Shown here one piece after another: positions 11,807 through 25,067 of a stretch of DNA of 64,000 nt. Source of the stretch: Takakia lepidozioides (taxonomy: Eukaryota > Plantae > Bryophyta); contig CM060732.1 of NCBI GenBank assembly GCA_030704615.1, forward strand, positions 64,604,001-64,668,000, read 5' to 3'. The notes under the pieces were generated by a model. That model ran no database searches, was not told the origin of the DNA, and worked only from the letters and a program-made list of their open reading frames with translations. A program made the translations under genes and the position numbers. Position 1 is the stretch's first letter; each line of letters begins with the position of its first letter.

Positions 11807-14800
11807 TGCTTCCTGGAAGATTTGGTCTTGCCCACTAATATCGACAGACCGCCGTAACTCGGTCTCTGCTGGTAAGGTCTGCTCCTGCACTGTCTCCTGA
11901 GCGAACGTCTGCTTTAGAAAGGTCTTCTGGGGCAAGGTCTGCGGCACCAAGCTTATGCCACCTAAACTATTCTGTCTGAGTCTGCCCAACGATTGCTTGA
12001 AAATGGCTTCGGACATGGGATCTCCTATCATGTCTGGCATGCGGGGAGTACTGAGAATCCAGTCGGGGGTCTGCTGCTCCTTGTTCTCCACTGACACGGT
12101 CTGCTGGTTCACATCGCGGTACCTCGCGTTTTCCTGTCAAGGGTCTACTCGGTCCACGGTCTGCTCGCTAACCTCCAACTGGGTCTCCATGATGTTTGGT
12201 TTCTGTGATGGGTTTGCTGTTGTATGCACTTCAATGAGCCTGCATTTAACGGGTGAGTCGACGCCATAATGGCCACGGACGGCCCTGAGAAGCTACCTCG
12301 CGCCATTAGCATTTTGGTCAAGGGCCTTGCGAACAACCTCCTCCTCGGGATCATACTCTGCAGCAAAGACAGCAACATTGTCAGCCATATACCACTCATC
12401 CACATAGGGGTCTGCTGCTCCAAACAAGGTATGCTGTTTTAAAGAAGGTCTACTACCGGTTCCTACAAGGTCTGTTGGTCTGTAACTTCAAACAAGGTCT
12501 GCAAGTCTATTGGTCTGCAAGTCTGACTGAAGGTTAGTTGGTCTGACATACCATGATCAAAGACTCTCGTCCACAAGCCAATATCTTTCATGAGGCGATC
12601 CATGAAAGCCTCATCAAGCTCCCCCAATGCCGCGGGGCGGTCCTCTGCTGGAAACCCACTCCACAGCACTTGGAAAGCATGTGCTTTGTGGAAAACTATG
12701 TCAAGGACTGCTCACTCCTGCACACTCACAAACCACAACATGACGTCATGTGTAACACTTTCCCGACAATCCTGGCTTCCGCCCAGCAGGTCCATTTGCA
12801 GATTTTGAAGGTCCTTCTTCAATTTTGTATAAGACCTGAAATTGCCAAATTGCATCCACTGGCGCCGGAGAAAAGACACTGTCATGTCCTCGAAAGCACT
12901 CTCTATCAAGCTGGCAAAGTGTTTGGGACGAACACCAAATAATGGGTGGGCGGTGGACATGTGCCTTATCTCCACTGGGCGAGGGTCGTTCATGAGGAAA
13001 AGCTGTGCGAGAAGTGGTGGGTCGGTCTCCTCTCCTAGAATTGTCACTCCGTAGTCTCGTGCTTTCTCCAAAAGACGGCTACCTTCCTCCGCGGTGAACT
13101 CTATTGAGGAGTGTAGCAGAGCAAAGGTCCATCACGACGCAACTATGCGGTGAAGCTCATTGTACCAGTCCAGATGCTGATTGCTTTCCCCACAACGGAA
13201 CTTAGGAAGGGTAGGGTCCTCCTCATCTGACGCAGACCGCTGTGGAGGTCGTCATGGGACCCCAAATGGGAAATCAGTGCCGGTCTGTTGCAGTGTGGTC
13301 TGTTGTCGGTCTGCCGTAGCATTACGAAGGTCTGCTGGAGGACGGGTCACAAAAGAATTAAGGTCCACTGAACCGGGTCTACTGGACAGACCCACAGTAT
13401 GCGATGCAGGATGGATCTGTTGGACTGACGGAGGTGGAGGGAGGTCTGCTGCCGGGCCGCTCGCACTACTTGCTGCAATAGCATCGGCGGATTGTGGATA
13501 CAGACTGAGGATGTACTCCCGAATATCCCTAACCTCGTTCCGGACAGGTGCATTTTCCAAGGGAGGACCGTCGGACTTATGCTTCTAGATTTGCAAAGCT
13601 CTGTGAACGCGGTTGTCCTGAGCGTTTGACTCCTGAAACTAAACAAAATATTTTAGCCCACGGAAAAAAAAAAATGCAGACCAGAACTTAGACTTAGGTG
13701 GCAGACATGCAAACCATATCTGGGAGACCGGAACTTATATGGGCGAGTAGTAGACCACAACAGCAGACCACAACAGCAAACCATGATTGGCAGACCAGTA
13801 GACCATATATGGCAGACCGTTTCTTATATGGGAGGCCAGCAGACCATAACAATAGACCAGAACAGTAGACCACAACAGCAGACCACAACAGTAGCCCCAG
13901 TACAGTAGACCAAGCAGAGTATACAGCTTGAGAAAACATGGGGAAGACCCTACAAAGAGGCTGTTATAAAGTATCAACAGGTCGTTGTAGTCTTCATCTC
14001 GTGGGCGTGATCGTGCCTCCACCCACTTCTTCTCTGCTGTGTAAATGGCTATATTTGCCTTGGAAGAACTACGGATCTGATTCTTGTGGGCACTCGGAAG
14101 GCAGAAGGCCGTGTGGAAGGAGGCACAGTGTGCCAGGGCGGACAGGAATGTCATCGAGGGTCTGCTGGTTGAGGGTTTGCTTCTTCGGTCTGATTGAGGG
14201 TCTGCTGATTGGGTTTGCTTGAGGCTCTATTTCCTCCATGGGGGTATTTGAGTCAAGGTTTATGTCATGTACCGGCGGGGCGTACCCAATGGGGTTTAAG
14301 ACCAAATATGGTCTCACGATACTGCGGCAGCTCTGTCGTCATGTCTTGCACATCTCCCTCTTCATGGGACTCTTCATCACTAGAGTCATCCTCACTGGAT
14401 GACAGAGTTTCAATAGCAAGGTCTGGTCTGCTGGCCTTGGTTTGCTGGGACGGTCTTGCTTGCACTCCACTGGTTGTCACTCTCTCTTCTCGGGGTTTGC
14501 CGGAGGCATTAGCAGACCTGTGGCTTTTGCGCTCTACATTCTTTTTGGCGCCATCACTGAACTTCCTTTTCTTCAATGGCACATCGCGGCTGGGGCCCAG
14601 CAGACCTGCTTGAGTGGGTGACATGGCGCACAATTGCGCACATGGTCCCTCCATACCATGCCATCTCGACCCTCTAGAATCAAACGCTGTCGCACTTCAT
14701 CGACAGACCGGGCAATGGCAGATGCACCCCTCAACTTCAATGACGATTTCTTTACCAGCCTTTGAAGAACTTGGCTTGGGCCACGGCTTGAAATTGTCGG

Positions 14801-15061
14801 GGATGACACCTTTGCATCCTCCATCAAGGACATGGCGGTTAAGAGTCTCTTTGTCCTTCACAATATCACGGCAAAAGGAGCACTGAAACGATCCTTCAGC
14901 CATTTCTCTTTCTGCTTGTCTATGCGCAAGTCCACAAATTCTTCTACTATTTTAGCGTCGTAGTCATTTGGCTCATACCGGTACCTTCTCTTTGGCTTGT
15001 TGCGGGGGGCATGCACATATTGCACCCAATCCGGTCCACCCTTTGGACACGCTTCTTCCAT
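11807..15061 (-). pseudogene. Multi-exon MULE accessory gene: N-terminal Zn-finger-like segments, low-complexity linker and a helical domain of unknown function
   Basis: CSFCRDIVKDKETLNRH and CICHCPVCR motifs. A globular-looking stretch at 12540-13230 is interrupted by stops. Motif-rich introns are present. Confidence 0.5.
13680..13920. repeat. Array of (G/C)CAGACCA / GTAGACCA short motifs (intronic)
   Basis: More than 10 AGACC copies at ~13-25 bp spacing. Similar arrays occur at 330-480, 735-830, 1500-1900, 2520-2710, 3130-3310 and 15490-15800. Confidence 0.9.
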
Positions 15062-16968
15062 GGTTGCAACATCAGCAGGAAGAGTGTAAGGGACGGTCTG
15101 CTCAAAGCAATTACAAAAGCGGGAGTGAGGATGCGTCGAAGGTGAAGTTCATACCTTCAGATTGGTCTCCGGCAACGATGGCAACGCGACCTTTCAGGAA
15201 AGGACAGGACCTTTGCTTCTCAGTCGGCAAGCCTATACACAGGAATCGTTGCGCTACTTTGGAAAAGGAACCAACTGCGACCCTAAACCCACAGCGTGCA
15301 GAAGGAAAGTGGAAAGACGCGCAAGACGGGAGAGGAGGAAGAAGCGAGTGGCCCAGCGTAACGGCTCGCTGCACGAAGAGGCGGACGCACACGTGCGGAA
15401 AGCGCCACATACGCCATCCACGTGGCCGCGCTCCATTGGATAGGCGCTGGAAACATGTAATGACCGCGCGACGCAATAATGGCCACCGTCAGGGTCTGTC
15501 ATCCTGGTCTGCCCTAAGTCTCCGCCACACTGGTCTGCCAAACGGGTCTGCCACATCTGTAGTCACACTGGTCTGTCACACAGCTCAGCCACACTGGTCT
15601 GCCACATCGGTCTGCCACAGTGGTCTGTTACCATGGTCTGCCGCAATGGTCTGCCAATGATTGACTGTATTGACTCCCATAATGAGCAGACCCATAATTT
15701 ACTACAAAACCGTTTCCAGGCTAGTCTGTTGTGCCGGCTATATGGTCTGGTATGGTATGGTGTTATCATGTGTTTTCCTGGTCTGCCTATCTCGTGTGCC
15801 CTCTGTCTACATTTCCGTCCCCATCCGTTCGACCATTTGAATGATTCCCTCATGAGGTCTGTCGATCCCCGCACTGTCATGCTAACACATGGAAGGTCCA
15901 CTAATTCGGTGCGCAACAAATTCTGCCAAACTTTCGCACTGGCCCGGTCTCGCGGCTGGGTCCACCTGCAAACAACATTCAAGAGACGCAACTCGGGAGG
16001 CAATCTGAATTTTACACAGCCAACCATGCACATATGCTTCCGCCATTTTTGCAATGCTATTCTACACATGGCATATGAAGGACAAGCTCAAAGAAGACAA
16101 TGTGACGCCGGAAAGGCTGATTCACAAATGTTGTCCATTAAAATGAGTCCTACTTCCGGTTCTTAGATCAAAGCTACATACTTCCATTCAAGTTTGCAGT
16201 GTTGTAAACTCAATGTAAACACCGACGTCTTTCGCGCCCTCATATACAGTCCCATCAACACAACAACGCAAAAATAATAGAAGCATATGAACAAAGGAGG
16301 TTGTGGCTTGAAACGATGGACTCCGACGTTGGCACGAAAGTCCACGGCTCCTTCACACTACGTCTTCCAGACGTCAAACAACCAACAGTATACAACAAAC
16401 AACAAACACCAAAAGGCATGGGACGAGGGAAGTCGAAAGAGGAGGAAACACAAAAAAAAAAGCAAAGGGGTGGAGATCACGAGTGCGATGCCATGCCCTA
16501 AATCCGGACGGTCTGGATACAACCGTGTTTGGACGGGCAGATGCGCGCGTCTGCGCTGCTGTGCAGGTTCGGCGTGGTCTGGTGGACGATATGCAGACCC
16601 ACCGAGGCGACGCGGGTGGACCTCCGCGCGGGCTTGGGCGACCGCGGGCTGCCACGCCCGCTGGTGGGGGGACTGCTGTCCGCGGCCGCGAGTGCTGCGG
16701 GCGTGCGGGGCTGCCCGGTGGGGGGGGCGAGCGCGGGGGTGGGCTGGGAGACCCCCCCGGCCGTGCGTCCTGGCCGCACGTGAGACATAAACTCCCAATT
16801 ATTCAAAAATGAGAGGCAATGAAATGGGCCAACCCGGGTAAATCATTTACCCTTACCCTGATTTATCCGCTGGTAAATCCGGGAAAATGATTTACCCGCC
16901 CAACACTGGTATTGACAAAAACAATACCTATGCAATACCCATATTATGGGCAAAAACAAGGACTATAC

Positions 16969-18339
16969 AGGTGTTGGTCTGGTATGTACAAAAATCCGGG
17001 TTGATATCCGGGTATCAACCCGGTTATGCACCCGGGTATGGAAGCCCCTACCAATCGGTTCCGATTGGTTGGAAATCTACAGAGTAACTTACTTGTAGGA
17101 TATGATTTAGGGTTTCGGGGAGGCCGATACCCTAGCCGACTGATGTTGGCTCACCGTTGTCGATGTTGTTACTTGTTTTTTGGCGGGAACTCAGTTGTTG
17201 GTATCGTCGTTCAGGTTTCAATGCGCGTAGCCTAAAGATGGCCCCCAACCGCTGGCCGCAATGATGTACCGTAGGTTCATAGCAGATTAGGCACAAATTA
17301 AATTTTAAGAAAAATGCCTAAGCAAATCTGTGATTTTTCAAGATTTATGCCTAAAAGGTTGGAAAAATAATATGAAAGTGCCTAATTCAGTAAAATTGTC
17401 TAAACAAATCCTACTCTATATAATTTCTATTGAAAACAAAAAACAGATGCCTCCATAAATGTTCAAAAAGTATAGGCCAACTCCCTAGGTCCATACAACC
17501 TCCAAAGGACCTTCCAATGAGTCTCGAACATCCTACATATGCTCATCACTGAAGTCTTCATCCCCATTCAAGTCAAGTACATCTGAGTTTTCAATGTGCA
17601 CAATTCCAAGGCAGCGGCTCATGCTCTCCACCACCTGAACATCAAGATAGAAATATGGTACCTCTGAGGAACTAAGAGTCATTTCCACTTCCACTTGAGG
17701 AGCTCTGGTTGTAAACAAAGGCTCGGACGATTTTTTTTTAGGGTTTGTCTTGGGGAAGAAGAGAGAGGGTACGTGAGACCTTTGGGGATGGAAGGAGAAG
17801 TTCCAAGTGATGAAAGGTGCCTAATATCAAAAATTATGGATGAAAAGTGTCTAATTTACATAAATCTTTTTTGAAAGTGCCTAAAAAGAATATTCCAAAT
17901 TTAATAATTATTAGACACTAGGGTGCCTAATCTGCTATGAACCTACGATAAGCCGCTGACATCATGGCTCTTAGCCGCTGGCTTGAGTGATGTGGGCTCC
18001 AAGTGGTTATTTTTTCCACTTTTGTACCTTCTTTTTTTCAATATATTTCTCAGGGCCTTTGTCCCCTATTTTTAAAAAATTAAAAAATTTATAAAAAAAG
18101 ATGGATGCTTCTCTCTGAAATGTAGATTTTTTAATCTTTTACTCGAAGTTGATATCAGCTATCAAGGTTTTCATACCATTGTTGGTACTAGGTTTGCAAA
18201 GTGAAATGCTAGCATTATTGATACCCAACAAGTACCAAAATATGGGTTTAAAAAAATATTATATACCCTTGTTTGGGACATCTCTAGATACTACCAGGAC
18301 CCTCATGTATCTCTAAAACACGATACCAGACCAACAGTG
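16969..18339. mobile_element. Non-autonomous hAT-like TIR element
   Basis: Inverted TGTTGGTCTGGTAT / ATACCAGACCAACA near the ends, flanked by the direct repeat GACTATAC (16961-16968 and 18340-18347). Confidence 0.7.
17269..17948. mobile_element. Tc1/mariner-type MITE nested in the hAT-like element
   Basis: 25-bp perfect TIR CGTAGGTTCATAGCAGATTAGGCAC (17270-17294; reverse complement at 17923-17947), TA on both flanks, and internal TGCCTAA subrepeats. Confidence 0.9.
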
Positions 18340-19719
18340 GACTATACACATGGTATAGCATCTAGATATGAAGTTGGGGCTGGTGCACAAATCAGGAGTT
18401 GGCAGGGCACGTCCAGCCCCAAGGGCCCACCACTATTTTTCATTTTTAAGCACATGTCAGTAGGGCAATGTTGACTTGGCATTGACAACCTAGACAAATT
18501 AGTGCTATTTTCTTAAGAATTGGCCGGATGATGTGCGGACGGATTGCAAGGTTGTTGAGCAAGGGATCACAGATTTCTTTTTGTCGGAAGACTATACAAT
18601 TGATGAATATGAGGACCTCATTGGAGATGCTCGCATGTTTGACAATGAGGTTTGTAAGCAGTTTTCTCTTAAGTTTTAACAAAGCTCACTTCACTTTGCG
18701 TACTAAAATTTACAACATTATTATGTAATGCAAAGTCTACCCCGAGGTTTCTTTTCTTTTTAAAAACAAAATCTGAATTTTGCAGCAGAATATTTAATTT
18801 CTTTGTCAACTATGCCTCTAAATTAAAGGCATATTAATGATTTGGTGGTTATTTTAAGTATTACGATTGGAATATACTTGTCCTATTGATACCCATCCAC
18901 AAATCTAAAATCATACTACTATTGAGAACCGGCGGATATTAAAATTGAGTGAATATTCCAATACTATGGAACCGGCTGGTATTAAAATATATATATTTTC
19001 AATACCAGGTTCCGGCTGGTATTAGAAAAAGTACCACCTGCACTTTATCAACCTTGCTTTCTAGAGTATTCTGGGATCTGCAGATTGAAGGGAGGAAGGC
19101 CTGGGCAAATCTCTGTGCAGATGTCGCAAGAAGACCCCAACAAGCGGCAACTATCCACAGTCAGTTCGCCAGCATCTGGGGCAAGAAACGGTCTTCTCTG
19201 CACTAGCTCGTCACCATCTCACTGTGCCTGGGCAGCTCAACCGCCAAATTGATGGCGAGAACACAACATACCCCTCCATGGCGGCATCTCCCGAGTTTGA
19301 TAGAGATATCAATTGGCGCCACATCAAATCGACTGCTAGTCTGAAATTTCGCTGAGATCCACTCGTGCACAGATCGTGCACACAAATAAGCATAGGACAG
19401 GTTCCAAGCGGCTGCTAAGTCATTCATGTTTCAGATTCGTTGTAGATCTCACCAGTCCACAAGCGACTGCCTACAATCAAAGCAACCCCCTATGGGTGTG
19501 ACTCCTACATAGGGCTTGTAACCCTAGGTCTTCTTCTCCCTTCGGGAGGTTCGTTCATCACTGGCTACGGTGTGTGTACCTCATGGTGTAATATGGGGTT
19601 TTAATTTTTTTCCCCATAATAAACTCAATAAACTAATTTAGGGCCTCCCCCTGTTCAATTTTTTTTTTAATTTTTTTTTAAAGTAATACCCGCCCAACAC
19701 TCGTGACTTATGCAGCCTT

Positions 19720-20450
19720 GGGAGGCGACGGTGGAGACTTTAAGAAGACCCCAACGTGTCCTGCCTACATAAACCCACCCCCTATTTGGCACGTGTCTAG
19801 TAGTTGCACCCCCAAATACTCTAATGTGACCCCACCATTGGTTGTTGGTGCACCTATTTTTCTACCTTCCATAAATTAAACATTGTCTCCCCGCTCTTTC
19901 TAGGTGTCCATACAGCCCGGGCCCACCTGTAGGCTCATCAAGCCCCACTATTTCCTCTCATGTGTCTTACTCCTCCTTTTCCACCCGCCCCTCCACATCG
20001 TCATGCCATCTTCTCACTCGCTGATTTTCTTTGAAATGAAACTCGGGCTAATCTCTCACTATATTCGCTCTTTTTACTCTCTCTACTAATTTAGCTATGG
20101 TCCTATTTGTTTTTGGGGCCCTGGAGGGAGCCCCCTAAATATTAACTAAAATACTTACTATATATGTATAGTAGTGAAGGGAGCACCCCCTTATATAAGG
20201 GGAGGCGGTGCTCGAGACTTCGAGAAGACCCCGCGAGGCGATGGTGGGGCCTTCCAAAAGACCATAGAGACACCCCAATGTGTCCTACCCTACCCCACCC
20301 TTTGACACGTTTCCACTAATTCTAACCCTACAAAACCTCTAATCCTAACCCACCATTGGCTGCTCCAATGGTGAGCCTATTTCCTTACCTTCTATAAATA
20401 AAACATTCTCTCCCCCCTCTTTCTAGGTGTCCCTACAGCCCTACGTGTCT
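19720..20450. repeat. Two diverged ~210-250 bp direct repeats
   Basis: GGGAGGCG...GAGACTT..AGAAGACCCC...CCCACCATTGG...ATAAAT.AAACATT.TCTCCCC.CTCT..TCTAGGTGTCC at ~19720-19920 and ~20200-20440. Confidence 0.75.
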
Positions 20451-21647
20451 TTCCACTAGCCCCGCTGCTTCAATCGTGTCACTCGCTGATTTGGGTTTAC
20501 ATATGGGGTGGGTCGTGCCTATGGAATACATTTTGGATGGTGCAGGAGGGGTTCTATCCGTCGCTGTGGATGGTGACCAGTGTTGTTTTTTTCACTTCTC
20601 CAAAATCGCCACAAAGGCTACATGTAAATTCTACCCAGTGCCCATGTGCCGAGAGTAATGAGGTGGCAGGGTTGGAAAAGTGCTATATAACAGGTGTCAC
20701 ATTTTAACAGGTCCACGTAGGAAAATTCTGGCTCCTTATATTTAACCATTTGCGCTTTCTGGCAAATTTTTAGATTTTAACTCCCATAATTCCCTTATAA
20801 AAGTAGCTGACCCATTTCCCAGGTCGAAATCTGGCAATTTTTCGCCAGATTTAAAAACAGTGATGGTGATGGAGCCATCACCATCCAAGGCCCGGGGGCA
20901 GCCTCCATGACCCACTCTGAACTAATGCAAAGAATACAACAACCATTTTTTTTTTTTTTGTTAGTTTCTTAACACTCATTTTCAAAATGCACATGGGGAC
21001 TTTCTAGTCTTTGGGAGAGGGTTGGGTAAACGGCAGCCGCGTTACCCCGGTTATTAGCCCTAAGACCGTGTCAACTCTTGAAAGTGTCCACCTTCCAAAC
21101 GAAAGGGGGTGAAGTTTTTTCTTTTCTTTTTTGGTGAAGGGACACCATAAGTGTCGGTAAGAGGGTAAGAGGAAGGTGCTCTTTCTAACGCTAACTACGT
21201 TTGGGTCTTCCGCACGAGGCCTTGCCAACCCTTACACAATCCCTTGAGCACTAGTTGCTTTTGGGCTGTTTTTCGGCTCTGGTTTTGTTTCCTCTCTCTT
21301 GTTTTTTCCATTTTGTACAGTAAGCTCTTTGAGCTTTCCGCGGAGGTTATGAAGTACCATTTCATTACTTCCTTCCTTCTAAGGAATTTGAGCTAGTGAG
21401 AGGCGTCATCTCTTCCTTCCTTCTAAGGAATTTGAGCTAGGGATCTCACTGTTCCCACAGACATATCAAGGTGTCGGCCACCAATCAAGCTGGACGGCTC
21501 TAGAAACGAGCTCGAAACCCAAGATAGATGGATCATCTTAGTCTGGATTTGAAAGCCAGTGCCACCTTGCTAGCACATGTGAGATAGCAGCTGCCTCCGA
21601 TGTGTCGCCTCTTCTTCTTCCTCAAAGCAAGTCTCTGCACCAGGAGC

Positions 21648-24600
21648 ATGGCGGAGGTTTACCTGGCTCGAATACTCAAGGCAATAGAGCAAATTGAGAC
21701 ACACATGTTCGAATCGGATGAGGTCCAAAGTGGCGCCTCACCGCAAATACTGAACATGTCTCAGTGCTTGCATTTGAAAGGGAAGCTTTTGAATATTAGA
21801 GACTACTTACTTGGGGAGTTTAAAGTTGCTAGTACCTCCGCTGCCGTGCCACAACCTTGTGTACCTGCCGTGAAAGAACTGTACCGTCTAGTGAAGGGGG
21901 CAGAGATAGTTGTGCGGGAATGCTGCAGTAAACGCTGGCTGAATGCAGCGATCGCACAAGCGGACAACAAGGAGACTTTTTCTGAGATACTTCTCAATTT
22001 GAAGTGGTGCAAAGAGATGGTGGGCATCAGTTTGAAAAAGGCTTCCAGGGATGGAGAAGAGCATCAGTGGCTTGAGGCACTTGAAAAGTCTACAGTGGGC
22101 AGATACGAAGATCAAGTTGGCACTGATCTGATCATTGACGAATCTGAAGCACTTCGGGATCAGGCAGTGTTGAGGTCCAGACTAGTAGATGCACTCACTA
22201 AGCAGGGTCGTCTGACTACAGGTAGCAGTGACCGCCTAACCAGGCGCAGGAAACAGAGGTCCATCGACGAAGCGTCTCTTATGTCATTCTTGTTGCAAAG
22301 ATTGCAGAGTACACAAGCTGATGGGGATCCATCGCCAACGGTTTCTGGATTTGACTGGAATGTAGACACCAAGGACGGTAGTCCGTTAGGGCACGGCTCG
22401 TATGGATGGGTCTGCGAGACAACGTGGGTGGGAGAAAAGTGTGCCAAAAAAGTCTTCGAGGGTGCCTACAACGACAACGATAGCTTCAATAAAGAGGCAG
22501 CCATCATGGCAGGGCTTCGGCATCCACACATTGTGCAATTATTCTGTTGCTGCACTGGCGAAGGAAAATGCTCCCTGATCATGGAGAAGATGGCTGAGGA
22601 CCTTCGCAGTTTTATGAGGAAAAGATGTACAACGTCGAAGGGTGGAAACCCCTTCAATCTTCCTGTAGCAGTTGACATACTGCTCCAAATTGCCGAGGGC
22701 ATGAAATTCTTGCATGATAGGGGGGTGGCACATCGAGACCTGAAGTCTCCCAACATACTAGTAAATCCCACCACCATCAAGGAATTGATGGGCGAGGGGT
22801 ATGTCCATGTCAAGGTAGCCGATTTTGGCATGGCCAAAGAAAAAATCATAGCTTTGTCTGCAGTGCCGTCAGCATGGAACATTGGCACTTCTCAGTACAG
22901 GGCACCAGAGCTCTTCCGCGACAGGGTTCGGTCAGGATCCTCCGCAGAAACTCGGGTTAACTCATTGAAAGCGGATGTGTGGAGCTTCGGGATCTTGAGC
23001 TCCGAGGTACTAACAGGGCAGATACCCTTTGCAGAATGCAGCTTGGGTGAACTCTACGATCGCATAACAGTTGAGCATCTGAGGCCTGCGTTACCTCCTA
23101 GCTGTCCTCCTTGCCTGGTGACGCTAATTGAGGACTGTTGGGATATCACTCCTGGGAAGCGGCCTTCGTTCCCAGAGATCTGTAAGATGCTGAGGCATCT
23201 CAGAGGCCTTCTTATCACAGGTAAATGCTTCCCCACCATTGACACCCCGCATAGAAGACAGCTCTGTTTTACAGTAAAAATGGGTTGTGTGTACATGTCT
23301 GGGCTGAGAGAGGCTTGCCCATTTGCAGCCTGATAGTGTAATATAGTGGAAAGTCTATATCACCACCCTGCAGTTTGAAAACTCAGCTCCAATGATTCCA
23401 ATCGTCAACTTGTGTATCTCAGATTAAGAATCTCAGAGACCCAAATTGCAGTAGGTACTGTGTCGAAGCTGCCGTCTTCCATGTAATCTGCATCTGTGTA
23501 TTCATTAGACCTACAGTCTCTATTATTGATGAGTAGTTCCCTTCCATATGGCATTGGTTTATTCGCCAAATGGGAGTTTAACCTGCCCGTTTTCCAGACC
23601 TTTATGTAGGGGATGTGCTATGTGTAAGAACACTGGAGATTCCTAAACATCGACCTGATGTGCTTGCACCAGAGGTACGTTATTGCTGCTTTACCATCAT
23701 ACATGGAATCTTTCTTAATTAGAACTGGATTTCTTCTTTTTGCGTTTAGGTTGCCACACAGATTCATGTTATAGCAAGTGCCAACTGGCCCCCCTTCAGG
23801 TAGATTGCTTACACTCAGCTACTGACTGGAGCAGGAAAACATTAGGAAGAGCATCGACAAGGCATTCAAAGATGCAGCAAAGTCCCAGGTTACAAAGGGC
23901 AAGACCAGGATACTTGTTGTAGGAAGGCCTGGAGCAGGCAAGTCTACACTCATCGAGCACTTCATAAATTATGATGTTATCCAGGAGGATGGTTCTGAAT
24001 CACACACAACAGGAGCTGACACAGTCAAGCTTGATAAAAACAAAGTAATCTGTCATCCCTCTGTGCCACAGTTGTCCTTCTTTGACACAAGCAGCAAAGA
24101 CTGCAAGGGGAATGTGCTCAGAAATTTCTTGAAGGCAAAACAACAATCGGATGAAAAATTTCACATGGTCTGGCTTGTCCTTTCGGTGATAGACAAAAGC
24201 AACAAGGAGCTGGGTGGTCTAATGAGGGCGATCTTTGCAGATCACCAGCTGCCAGTGCAGGTCATAACCACCCACAATGATATTGATTCAGAAGATATTC
24301 ATCTCAAGGAAAATGTCCTTGGCATCCTCTCTGACATACTTGGAGGTACACCAATTCCGGAATTAATTGACAAGCACATCGCGGTAACTTGTCCACCGGA
24401 ATCACCTGAACATTTCCAAAGAATCCTTGATCCCCAGTATATGTGGGCAACTGCACAATCTGTCAGCACAAAGTTTATGATACAAGAGACAGCAAAGACG
24501 GTTGTCCGCTGGAAGGACAAGATCATGAACTTTTCAATGGCAGAGAGTGTCGCTGTGACTTCCTTGGGAGATGCCTTCGGCACCACAGGTCCAGTAACCT

Positions 24601-25067
24601 TGACCAACTCTTTGTTTAAAATATGGCGGGTCTCCTGGAAAGAGTGGGGAAGTATATTCTGGCAAGAGGTTGCTTCTCGTGAAGGTCTCAAAAGTAGTGC
24701 AAAAGTAATCGATGACATGCCTGGATACCATGTCCTTTGTTCTGGCCATCCCAAGGCCAGGAAGACAAACAATCTCCAGGACTTCAGCCTACGCTTAGCG
24801 GGTGCCATAATCTATGTGAAAGCTTCTAACCTCCGCGGATTTGGAGAAGGTATGTCTCGCCATGAATTCTTGGCACACATAGGCAGATTCTATGAACATC
24901 ACACTCCCATAAGTTTCAAGAACTATGTTGCCAGACATAGTGGTTTGTTTCATAAGTGCAAATCTAGATCTCTCTACTTCAACCCATCCTCTTGCGCAGA
25001 GGAGCTCGAGAGGCTACTTGAGGAACTTTATTGTGATGCACTGTATAAAATGCTTCGCTGCAACTGA
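21648..25067 (+). CDS. Predicted 3-exon protein: N-terminal HeLo/MLKL-like helical bundle + TKL-type protein kinase + P-loop GTPase domain (exons 21648-23220, 23610-23674, 23835-25067)
   Basis: Kinase motifs are intact: GHGSYG, AKK, HRDLKSPN, DFG, YRAPE, DVWSFG. The N-terminus LNMSQC..L..KL...ELYRLVKGAEIVVRECCSKRWLNAAI resembles plant MLKL/DUF1221-type domains. Exon 3 has ILVVGRPGAGKSTLI (G1), FFDTSS (degenerate G3) and ITTHND (G4-like). The GT-AG junctions are phase-compatible (phase 1, then 0). Confidence 0.75.

Larger units (their letters stand above)
1..16790. mobile_element. Large Mutator-like element (transposase + Ulp1 + uncharacterised accessory exons); right boundary approximate
   Basis: A shared AGACC/GGTCT motif signature runs through 1-4298 and 11807-15900 and is not arrayed in the 4299-11806 insertion. 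A GC-rich block at 16480-16790 ends abruptly into AT-rich sequence. Confidence 0.6.

Noticed and set aside
16287-16812. Overlapping Arg/Gly/Pro-rich ORFs in all frames
   Set aside because: An artefact of a very GC-rich, probably terminal or promoter block; no protein motifs.
20862-20885. Perfect hairpin GATGGTGATGG-AG-CCATCACCATC
   Set aside because: Single copy with no associated CTRR end or other context; no function can be supported.
21368-21440. 29-bp direct repeat upstream of the kinase gene
   Set aside because: A real local duplication, but there is no evidence of a regulatory role.
23221-23333. C-terminal tail of the 577-aa kinase ORF
   Set aside because: It follows a strong AG|GTAAAT donor and is probably intron read-through.
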